Made by a program: the position numbers and the translations under genes. The notes beneath the pieces are model-generated. The model had not been told where the DNA came from and did no database searches. It was given only the letters and a program-made list of their open reading frames with translations. A stretch of DNA of 64,000 nt from an uncultured Bacteroidales bacterium (lineage in GTDB: Bacteria > Bacteroidota > Bacteroidia > Bacteroidales > CAIWKO01), in the NCBI GenBank assembly GCA_964469155.1, contig CAYXXU010000003.1:24511-88510 (forward strand). The letters run 5' to 3'. This document shows, piece by piece, positions 27,037 through 36,805 of this stretch (position 1 is the first letter of the stretch; the number at the start of each line of letters is the position of its first letter).

Positions 27037-27541
27037 TGTAAGTATCAGTCAATTTCAATTACGTCATCCCGATGGCCATATTGATAAACTTGCAATTATC
27101 ACTTGTGATAGTTGCGTAACAAATCCTAAAACGATCTTGGATAACATCGTTTCCAACTATGTTGACCATGAGTTGTATAATGAATTTATTGATATTAATA
27201 CTGATAATCCCTGGATGCGTGTAATTGTGAGGGGTATTAATGAATTAAATTACAATTCTAATATTATTCCATCTTATGGGGATGTGCAGGTATGTGAATA
27301 CGTATTAAGCAATACATTATCTCCAAATTCAGGTCAATTAAGTATTTTAAGAGGGGGGCTTCATTCAGAAACACCAATTGCTTATATGAACTCTGCAGTT
27401 ACAGCATATACCAATCGGAGGCTGCATAATCAATTTATCGAAATCTTCAAGGACAATCCATGGGTCCGTTTGATAATTTTTGATATTAATAATTTACGCT
27501 ATGAACCTTATATAAATCAGAAAATATATGACACAATTTAA
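27029..27541 (+). CDS. Hypothetical protein (170 aa) with an internal ~36-aa duplication
   Basis: Start overlaps the hsdS stop by 8 nt. Repeats HELYNEFIDINTDNPWMRVIVRGINELNY and HNQFIEIFKDNPWVRLIIFDINNLRY. Confidence 0.6.
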   Translation: MCNVSISQFQLRHPDGHIDKLAIITCDSCVTNPKTILDNIVSNYVDHELYNEFIDINTDNPWMRVIVRGINELNYNSNIIPSYGDVQVCEYVLSNTLSPNSGQLSILRGGLHSETPIAYMNSAVTAYTNRRLHNQFIEIFKDNPWVRLIIFDINNLRYEPYINQKIYDTI

Positions 27542-28247
27542 GCACTCTCATTTGGGATCATCAGTAATCTGGTGGTTAAATTATATATCTTCTGTTGGCA
27601 GGGAATATATTTTTAATGAAAGCTCATTAAAATTTCCGGTTACTGATCACTTAGAAAGGTTTTTTAGAGAAAATATAAGGGTTGAATTTGAACACCCTCT
27701 TCTAAAAAACAGGAAAATAGATCTGTATTATTATGATAAAGAAAATATTATTGAAAATGCTATTGAATTTAAGTACGTATTGGAAGATTCAACTCGTGAT
27801 GCAGGTGAGAGGAAAAGGATTTTTTATGACTTGATGCGAATGTATTTATTTTCAGATACTAAAAAAAGAGGATATTTTTTAATTTGTGGTAATGAAACTG
27901 ATTTTAAAACATCTTTTAAAAATTTAAATCTAAAACCAACGTTCCCAATCACCCAAATCCAAGCTGGTAAACCTATTTCTTTAACCATCGACTTTTATAG
28001 TGAATGGTTTAGTTTTGACGAAAAAGCTAAAGATCGGACTATAGATTTATCCAAACAGGAACCGTTATATAAGACCGTTTATGATTCATTTGTAACTGAA
28101 TATAATGATTCATATAAAGCCGCTACTAATAGTGATATTATTATGCCAGCATCAATAAAAACAAGGTTATTATACTTGTCAGATGATTCTTCTGGAAATA
28201 ATATTCCTCAAACAATGAAAATTGGAATATGGGAAGTATTAAAATAA
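27528..28247 (+). CDS. Hypothetical protein with PD-(D/E)xK-like motif
   Basis: Overlaps the upstream gene by 14 nt. KIDLYYYD...NAIEFKY resembles a D...ExK nuclease core. Confidence 0.45.
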   Translation: MTQFKHSHLGSSVIWWLNYISSVGREYIFNESSLKFPVTDHLERFFRENIRVEFEHPLLKNRKIDLYYYDKENIIENAIEFKYVLEDSTRDAGERKRIFYDLMRMYLFSDTKKRGYFLICGNETDFKTSFKNLNLKPTFPITQIQAGKPISLTIDFYSEWFSFDEKAKDRTIDLSKQEPLYKTVYDSFVTEYNDSYKAATNSDIIMPASIKTRLLYLSDDSSGNNIPQTMKIGIWEVLK

Positions 28248-28289
28248 TAATATTCTATAAGATTTAATTTTTATTTAGGAGTCAAGATA

Positions 28290-28688
28290 ATGGCAGAAAT
28301 ACCAAGAAATAACACAGGTCTCTCCGGAGAATATTTTGTAGCTGCAGAGCTATACAGGCGTGGCTGGTCAGTGGGCATGACCATCGGTAATGCAAAGGCA
28401 GTTGATCTTTATGCAGAGAAAGGCGATAAACGAATAGCAATTCAAGTTAAATCTCTATACAAACGGAAACACAATGGTTGGCCAATAACAAAAGATAAGG
28501 TGAAGGAAAATTGCTTTTATGTTTTTGTTATTTTAAATGGAGATACCATGGCATTACCTGATTATTTTATTTGCGATTCAAGTGAAGTAATTCATTGTAT
28601 AGACACATACGGAGTAAGGGGCATAGTTACTATTTCAAAACTAAATGCTTTAAAATTTAAAGATAATTGGTCAAAGCTTGAAAAATAA
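28290..28688 (+). CDS. Small PD-(D/E)xK-fold-like protein (132 aa)
   Basis: GEYFVAAELYRRGW...AVDLYAEKGDKRIAIQVKS pattern (E..D..QVK), typical of small restriction-endonuclease-fold proteins. Confidence 0.45.
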   Translation: MAEIPRNNTGLSGEYFVAAELYRRGWSVGMTIGNAKAVDLYAEKGDKRIAIQVKSLYKRKHNGWPITKDKVKENCFYVFVILNGDTMALPDYFICDSSEVIHCIDTYGVRGIVTISKLNALKFKDNWSKLEK

Positions 28689-28716
28689 AAATCTCAAATA
28701 TTAAACAAACCGGATT

Positions 28717-29133
28717 ATGTTCACAGAACTCAAAAAATATAAAAAAACAGGACATTTCTTTTTTGAGCCGGGTCAAAACCTGAAAGATCAAAGCCATGAG
28801 GTTCCCGATTTACCGGGTGTTTATTACATCTTGCGTCTTGCCCACGGTAAAAATGATTTGGTTTACATAGGCAAATCAGGCACCATGCAGCAAAACGGAA
28901 AATTCAAAGATCAGGGCTTGCAAGGCAGAATTAACAACAAACAGGAAGGCATGAAACGTCAGGAATATTTCGTGCAAAAATGCAAAAAAGAAAAAATTAA
29001 TACTCTCGACATATACTGGTTCGTAACATTCGACAAAAATAATCAGGATTTGCCAGGCATGGTAGAAGGCCTGTTATTGCAACGCTTTTTTGAAACCTAT
29101 GGCTGTTTGCCGGTATGGAATAAGGAATATTAA
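28717..29133 (+). CDS. GIY-YIG-like small nuclease-domain protein (138 aa)
   Basis: GVYYI ... LVYIGKS ... GRIN ... MVEGLLLQ ... WNKE in the order of GIY-YIG catalytic elements. Confidence 0.6.
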   Translation: MFTELKKYKKTGHFFFEPGQNLKDQSHEVPDLPGVYYILRLAHGKNDLVYIGKSGTMQQNGKFKDQGLQGRINNKQEGMKRQEYFVQKCKKEKINTLDIYWFVTFDKNNQDLPGMVEGLLLQRFFETYGCLPVWNKEY

Positions 29134-29152
29134 AAAAAACAGAGAAAAGTTA

Positions 29153-32100
29153 ATGAGAGAACAGGGCATCATAAAATACATTTCTGGTCATGTTGGCTTA
29201 ATTATGAAAGCCGATGGTTCTCTAATACCGTTTAATGCTATTGGAATAGATGCTTTACAACCAGGAGACATCATTGAATTTACTGTTATAGAATCTCAGA
29301 TTGCCGGCTCCGATTCTGCCGATAATAAAGCGGTAAACGTTGTGTTCATCGACCGCCCTGAAAGTGAACAAAAAGAGTATGTCCGTCTAAGTAAAATCGC
29401 CAGTGAATTCAATATTTCCGTCAGTTCCATCGTTGAAGTTCTTACGAAAAAAGGGATCAAAGTTGCCAATAATCCAAATGCTAAAATTACAAGTGACTTA
29501 TATGATATCATTAAAAAACATTTTAAAAAATCTTCTTCGTCAATAAAATTTAGCGATCCGGTTAAAGCCACTAATTTTTTTGAAGATTTGTTTTTGAAAA
29601 AATACTTACCGGGTACTGTTGTTGAAACCACTATTGCCAAAATAATTAAACCTTCTCAAATCGTTACCATCTTTGATAATGGTTTTATTGGTCGTTTATC
29701 TTTACTTAATTTATCATGGTGTCTTCCCCAAGGGGAAACAGAGTTAAAAAAATATAAAGTGGGTGACCGTATTGAATGTGTTGTTCTGGAAATTGACTTT
29801 CCAAATAAGCAAGTAATACTAAGCAGTAAGCATCTAAAAAAACAATTAAGTGATTCTTTGGCTTGGGAAAGAATTGAAAGAGGTGATGAATTTGATGCAG
29901 TGGTTGTTGAAAAATTCAGCAACACAACTTTATTAAAAACAAAGAATAATCTTTATGGTATTTTAAACAATAGTTTTATAACCGATACCTCGACAAAATA
30001 TAGAGTAAAGGTTAATTCAAAGCTAGAGCATAGTGAACTGTTTTCATTTGTTCCCGCATCTTTAGATGTTTCCCAAGAGGATACAGACATAGAAACGTCA
30101 TTTCCTGAAATAAACTTCATTGAAGATGAGTTGTTGTCTTTTAATTCTTTTAAAAAATCAATACTAGGAATATATGCAACCGATGATCAGTTAGCCATAA
30201 TTAAGCAAGGGTTTGAAACGGACGATAAAGTATTTTCAAAGGAGTTTAAAACAAACAATACCTTATACATTCAATTTGAATTAGGTAGCGGATGTTATGA
30301 GTCAACTTTAAAACAAAATGCCATTCCATATTTCCTTGATGGTGCAGTGTATTCAAGCGAAAATGAAAACAAACTTTTGGATTTTCTGTCTAATCAATCC
30401 TATTGGTTTAAAATTAATGTACGGGCCGAAAGTCAAAAAACAGATTTTTCAATGTTTAATGAGGATGTAAACATATTTGGTGATGTTGCATTAACTAAGG
30501 ATAAAAAAGAGATTAAATTCATTATAAAAAACTTTTCCTTTGGACACATTCATTATACTTCCAGTGAAGCAAAAAAGCGGAATGCAAAGTACGGGTCCTT
30601 TCTTTTTAATAATAAGTTAAAAATCATTTCTCCTTATGATACTGTGCCTTTTGACAACTCTCAACAAGTTTTTCTCGATTATGCAATTCTAAAAACCAGG
30701 TGTTTTGAGATCGTTTATCATTTAAAAACCGAAGCAGGCGAAATTTTAAAACAAGAAGGGCGTACGCTATCAATAAATGACAAATTTCTTGAATACCAAA
30801 TGAGTTTGGTAGAAGAGCAAAAGGAAGACAATGTTTTTGTTGAAAAATTTGTGCGTATTGATTCAATAACTCAGGGGGTAGCAATTAAAATACCTAATAA
30901 CATTGGCGATAGTCTCGAAATAGATGAAGCAACAGTCGTTAATGTAAGGTTAAAGGAGGATGACAACCTTTTTAAATTATCTGATGGAGTTCTTTCATAT
31001 AACAATGATGATTACTTAATAACCTTTAACAAGCCAATAAGGCTGGATTTGTTAGATAAAGGATTTTATTTGGATAAAAGGATTTCAATAAAGCAATTTC
31101 AAATACAACGCGAAATTATTCAGGATTTCTTAGAAAAAAAAATCAAGATTGACCATATTGAAACATTACTTGTTAAACCTGACAGGGTAAAAACACCAGT
31201 TCTGAAACAAGTAAAATTTAAAAATATTGATTTAGCGAATTCTGAAAAAGAAGACTCAAATAACAATCAAATAAAGGCTGTTAAAAAAGCTCTTGGCAAT
31301 CAAAATATTTATTTAATACAAGGTCCTCCCGGTACAGGGAAAACTACTGTTATTGCTGAAATTATTCAGCAATTGGTTGAAAAAGGTGAAAAAATATTGG
31401 TTTCTGGTCAAAATCACGTTGCCGTTGATAATGTTCTCGAAAAACTTTCCAGATTCCACAATTTAAATCTTTTAAGAGTAGGAAACCCTGATCGTATTAA
31501 TATACAATTGCTGAAATATACTATTGACAACCTTGTTGATGACTATAAAGTAGGTTTTAAAAAGTTTATACTTAACCAATTATTAATAGCCGAAGAATAT
31601 TTAAAGATAAAAAAAGCAGGTCTTCTCAAAGACGAGATGAAAAAAACGCTTAATAAGTTTATAAACGAATTGCTTAGTGATTATGATGTTTTAAAAGATG
31701 TCTATAAACAACGACATTTTATCTTACTGGATGGTCTGTCTGAATTATCATTGACTGAATTGAAGGAAACCATTGAACAACTAAAAAAGTGGATTGATGA
31801 ATCGAATAACGAATACGAGATTTTATTAAAACCGCTTATTTATAATTCAACAGATGTAGTTTTTGCAACTTGTATTGGGATTAAATCAAGCGATATTTTT
31901 AATGAAAAGAATTTCAAGTTTGATACTGTTATTATTGATGAATCTGGTAAGGCAAATATAGCTGAAACATTGGTTGCTGTTGAACTTGGTGCTAAAGTAA
32001 TTCTAGTGGGCGATCAGAAACAATTGCCTCCTTATATGGATAGCTCTTTAATTGACAAATCAGATCCTGATAGTTTCCCAAATTCCCTGTATGGTTCAGA

Positions 32101-33979
32101 TTTTCTGGAAGATGAAATTATTCACGCACTCAAATCATCCTTCTTTGAATTTATTGTAAACAGAATTAATGCTGGTCAATTTCCTAAGGATAATATGGAT
32201 ATTTTGAATTATCAGCATCGAATGCATCCAAATATTGGAAAGTTCGTATCGGATTCATTTTATGATGGTTTGGTTAAAATGGGTAGACACACGCATCTTA
32301 ACAGACTTAATATGCCGGCTCCCTTTAATAAAGAAGTCGTGTTTTTTGACACTTCAAATTCAAAACACCCATTTGAACAAAACGATGGTTTTTCTGCAAA
32401 GAACAATTCGGAAGCTGAAATAATTTCTGAAATAATATTACCAAAACTGTTTGAAAATAATGTTAATCCTTTACAGATTGCAATTATAGCACCCTACAAG
32501 TCACAGGTCGCAAACATTAAAAACTATATCAATAAATCTCAATTTTGTAGTATTAAAAATATTGAGGTTTCTACCCTCGATTCATTCCAGGGTAAAGAAT
32601 TTGATATTATTATTTTCAGTTTTACACGCTCCGCTGACCACTTAAATGCTCCTTATGAAAATGGTAAAAGAAAATATACTAAAGTAGGGTTTCTTGATGA
32701 TGCCCGCCGTTTAAATGTTGCTTTCAGCCGTGCTAAAAAGAAGCTCATTCTTATAGGCAATTCAAAAACTCTTACTGATTATAGATCTCATTTTGACGGC
32801 ATATTTAACTATACAGAATTGTTTAGAAAGCTGGTTACACTTAGCAAAAATGATGAAATTGGCAATTTTATCAATATTGCTGATATTTATGATACAATAA
32901 TAGATAAGCGAGAAGGGGAGAAAAAAAATATTTTTTCAAAATTAGAAAAAGGTCAGGTCCTTGAAGGCACTGTTAAAAATATTACTAATTATGGTGCATT
33001 CATTGACCTTGGAGGTTTTGATGGTCTTATTCATATTACAAATTTATCTTGGGGTCGTGTAAATCATCCAAATGAAATACTTCAGCTATATCAGAAAATC
33101 AAAGTAATAGTATTGAATTTTGATGATAGTAAAAAAAGAATTGAACTGGGGTTAAAACAGCTTTTACCTCATCCATGGGATTCACTTGATCCTAATTTGA
33201 AAGTTGGTGATACCGTTACCGGAAAAGTAGTAATTATTTCCGATTATGGTGCATTTATTGAAATCGAAAAAGGTGTGGAAGGTTTGATACACGTTTCCGA
33301 AATGTCATGGTCACAGCATCTGCGAACTGCGCATGATTTTCTGAAAGTCAATGATGAAATACAAGCTGTTATCCTTATCCTTGATCGCAATGAAAGAAGA
33401 ATGTCACTTGGCATAAAACAACTCATTCCTGATCCATGGATAAACATCAGTTCAAGATATCCGGTCAATTCAAGGCACGAAGTTAATGTCCGCAACTTTA
33501 CCAACTTTGGGATCTTTGTTGAGCTGGAAGAAGGCGTTGATGGTTTGATTCACATCTCTGACCTGTCATGGTCTAAGAAAATTAAACATCCTGCTGAATT
33601 CACAAGGATCGGTGAAAAAATAGAAGTAATAGTTCTCGAAGTCGACACAGAAAACCGCCGTTTGAGTTTGGGCCATAAGCAGCTGGAAGAAAATCCATGG
33701 GATGTATTTGAAACCTTATTTGCTATAAATTCTATCCACAAAGGCACTATTATTTCCATTCATAATAAGGGTGCTTTGGTATTACTTGCAAATGATGTTG
33801 AAGGGTTTGCCCCATTAGGTCATTTTGTAAAAAAAGATGGAAGCATCGCAAAGATTCACGAAACACTCGATTTTAAAGTCTTTGAATTTTCAAAAAAAAA
33901 TAAAAGTATAAAAGTTTCGCATAATAAAACATATCAGGTGAATAAGAAAAAATCATTTAATAATAACGAGCAAAAATAA
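29153..33979 (+). CDS. Giant Upf1/DNA2-like SF1 helicase with N-terminal CSD, IF2_N-like and S1 domains and a C-terminal four-S1-domain array homologous to ribosomal protein S1 D3-D6
   Basis: Walker A [9 protein letters not shown] (31322-31345), Walker B [9 protein letters not shown] (31928-31954), [38 protein letters not shown]. C-terminal [64 protein letters not shown]. ATG 29153 preferred over track start 29090, which would overlap the GIY-YIG gene. Confidence 0.85.
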   Translation: [1608 protein letters not shown]

Positions 33980-33997
33980 ACTGCCTTTTCACATAAA

Positions 33998-35356
33998 ATG
34001 AACATTTTTAGTATTGACATAGAAAAATATTATGATGAATTGTCACAAATGAATAGACAATTAAAAGGTATTATTTGTATTCAATACCCAATCTATTGCA
34101 TACATTCTGAAATTACAGATTCAACACCCGATCCACTTGATAATCTGGATAATGTTATTGTTGATTTTTTAAAAATAAAACCAGATTTCAATTCATTTCA
34201 AATTGGGAGCATTATGGGCACGTCAAAATCCTTGGTTGATTTGAGACTTGATAAACTCGTTAGAGATGGTTTACTTATTAAAACAGGCAGTGAATATATT
34301 TTAACAGAGCAAGGCATTTTCGTATTTGAAACTAAAACACATTTAAGAGCACATAAACTATCCTACGATTTTTACATTGATGGCATTACTTTACAGCCTT
34401 TACCTAAAGTTTTTTACAACTATTATAGAAGTAAACTTTTTAGTGAAAATCAAAGATATTTATATACAAATTCAAAAGGGGAAACTAAAATTGCAAGACC
34501 TTTTGCGCCTGATATAGTACATACGCCTCCGGAAAAAAATAAAATTTCTGAGTTGATTTATGCTATTGATAAAGATAAAAGAATACTGTTTGGCATTCCA
34601 GTCGGCTTACAAACTATTAATGAAGTATCATTTACTAAAATGTCTTTTCATTTACTCGTTTCAATTAGCAAATCAACCGATGGTTTAATGAAAGAACTAA
34701 TTGATGGATATGCCATTTATTCATTGAGGGAAGAAAATTCATATTATAAAACACTTAGAAGAAATGTGGTATTTTTTGAGCCGACCATGAAAGATCGCAT
34801 TCAAAATTTGGAATTTAAATTAGTAATGCCATTACAGAAAAAAGAATGTTCAGATAAAACATCGCCATACTTAACAACTAACTGGCCTGAAATTGATAGA
34901 TACAAAGACTCTCACAACAAATGTTTTAATTTTAGCAGAGAGGATTTGATTAATTTTTTAGAAACTAACCTAGGTTTAAAATACCTGGATCAAAAAAGTA
35001 TCATTTATGAAGATGATACTGTTGAAATAAATATCCGCAAAAACACCTTGATAGAAAGTCCAAATCGTAAAAAACTTATTAGCGATTTAATCAGAAAACG
35101 AGACTATCGAATTTATAGCAACAACTTAGACAGGAATGTTTTCTTGTTTTATTTATATTACCACTCCGACGATCCAGCCATTATGGATTTGATTGGATTT
35201 ATAAAATTAGTACATGAAAACAAATGCCTCTCTTTTACTAGTTTTCAGAGAAGCCACCCTGAATATAACGATAAAGCTAGGGAATACTTAATATTAGCTG
35301 GCGAGCTCGACATATTAGAAAAATTTGATATTGAAAACCATATGATATCTTTGTAA
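33998..35356 (+). CDS. Hypothetical protein (452 aa) with N-terminal MarR-like wHTH
   Basis: LDNVIVDFLKIKPDFNSFQIGSIMGTSKSLVDLRLDKLVRDGLLIKTGSEYILTEQG; the rest is unrecognised. Tightly packed between the helicase and the PLD gene. Confidence 0.55.
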   Translation: MNIFSIDIEKYYDELSQMNRQLKGIICIQYPIYCIHSEITDSTPDPLDNLDNVIVDFLKIKPDFNSFQIGSIMGTSKSLVDLRLDKLVRDGLLIKTGSEYILTEQGIFVFETKTHLRAHKLSYDFYIDGITLQPLPKVFYNYYRSKLFSENQRYLYTNSKGETKIARPFAPDIVHTPPEKNKISELIYAIDKDKRILFGIPVGLQTINEVSFTKMSFHLLVSISKSTDGLMKELIDGYAIYSLREENSYYKTLRRNVVFFEPTMKDRIQNLEFKLVMPLQKKECSDKTSPYLTTNWPEIDRYKDSHNKCFNFSREDLINFLETNLGLKYLDQKSIIYEDDTVEINIRKNTLIESPNRKKLISDLIRKRDYRIYSNNLDRNVFLFYLYYHSDDPAIMDLIGFIKLVHENKCLSFTSFQRSHPEYNDKAREYLILAGELDILEKFDIENHMISL

Positions 35357-35359
35357 TTA

Positions 35360-36805
35360 ATGGAAATCACTATAAAAAATACTGACACATTAAAATCTGG
35401 TGTATTTGTTTTGAATGCGCAAAGAAAAGAGTTTTCGCCCTTTCCTGATTATTCAAATATATTCTTAACTCAGGAAGACAACCACTGCTTAAAAAACGAA
35501 TTGCTAAGAATAATTCGTGAAGCAACAACTGTTTTAAAAATATGCAGTTTTATCATTACTGACAAAGAGATTTTCAATGCAATTTTGACCAAAGCTAAGG
35601 AATCCAATGTTGCTATTTTTATCCTAACACAACTAGATTCAGAGAAGCTAGAGAACACCTTGTCTTTAGTTGATTATATTACAGAAGAAGAGATAAAGGA
35701 ATATCCTTCACGTACTCATTTAAAATACATTAAAAAGCTCTATGACAATGGCATACACGTCAGAGCATCCCTTACAGCACATGCCAAATTTATTATTTCA
35801 GATCGCACCAAAGGTTTTATTACCAGTGCAAATTTTACGACTCCTTCTTTAACTTATAATACTGAGTCGGGAATATATATTGATGAACCTAGCAGTAAAG
35901 AACTTGATAAATTATTTGATGTTATTTTTATGCAAGGTACAACTTATAAGCAGTTTATAAGTACACAAAAAAAAGGAAAAATGCTCGTTGTTCAATCTGA
36001 AGTTAATATTGACAGCAAATTTTTACCTGATTATTATAATTCAAATCTTAGATACACTTGTGAATCTTATTCGAGTAATTTATTTCAAGAAATAATCGCA
36101 ATAATAAACCAAACCAATAATTTTTTGTATTTATCAACGTATAGCATTGTAGGTTTAAATTCAATTAATGAATTTTTTCTATCTATTAAAAATGCAATAG
36201 AAAGAGGTGTTTCTATTTTTGTCTTTTGTAGGGGAATGAACTATAGAAATGACCATTTAGAAGGTGTTGCCAAATTAAGCAAAATTGGTTGTAAAGTATA
36301 TGCCGATGTGTATAATCATTCAAAAGGTATAATTAATGAAAACACCGGAATGATATTCACTGCTAATATTGATGGTAATCATGGTTTAAATAATGGATTT
36401 GAAGTCGGTTGTATTTTAAATGAGCCTCAAAGAATTGATTTTCTTGATTTTCATAAAAAATTAATTGAAACTTCATTTTATGCTTTTGAAAATAATCCCA
36501 CACGTAATCTACTATTTCAAACTTATATTGCTTATGAAATGATAAAGGAATTAAAAACCCCATTAATCCCTCCTAATATTATTCTTTCCTACAGCCCTAA
36601 TCTTAGCATCAATTTTGAAGAATTTGAAAAAAATATCATATTTTTCGGTTTATATAAAGAATCAGAATACCTAATTGTTGGGAACTCTTTCTATAAATGC
36701 GAGCTAAAGGGCAATATAATATCACTTTTAGATGCAGTGAAACCAAGATTTGATATTGAAAAATACATCCTTAAATTTCATGAACTTAAAATCAGTAAAA
36801 GCTAA
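35360..36805 (+). CDS. Phospholipase-D-family nuclease with two HKD motifs
   Basis: HKD-1 AHAKFIISDRTKGFITSANFT (His codon 35780-35782) and HKD-2 NHSKGIINENTGMIFTANID (His codon 36317-36319). Confidence 0.85.
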   Translation: MEITIKNTDTLKSGVFVLNAQRKEFSPFPDYSNIFLTQEDNHCLKNELLRIIREATTVLKICSFIITDKEIFNAILTKAKESNVAIFILTQLDSEKLENTLSLVDYITEEEIKEYPSRTHLKYIKKLYDNGIHVRASLTAHAKFIISDRTKGFITSANFTTPSLTYNTESGIYIDEPSSKELDKLFDVIFMQGTTYKQFISTQKKGKMLVVQSEVNIDSKFLPDYYNSNLRYTCESYSSNLFQEIIAIINQTNNFLYLSTYSIVGLNSINEFFLSIKNAIERGVSIFVFCRGMNYRNDHLEGVAKLSKIGCKVYADVYNHSKGIINENTGMIFTANIDGNHGLNNGFEVGCILNEPQRIDFLDFHKKLIETSFYAFENNPTRNLLFQTYIAYEMIKELKTPLIPPNIILSYSPNLSINFEEFEKNIIFFGLYKESEYLIVGNSFYKCELKGNIISLLDAVKPRFDIEKYILKFHELKISKS

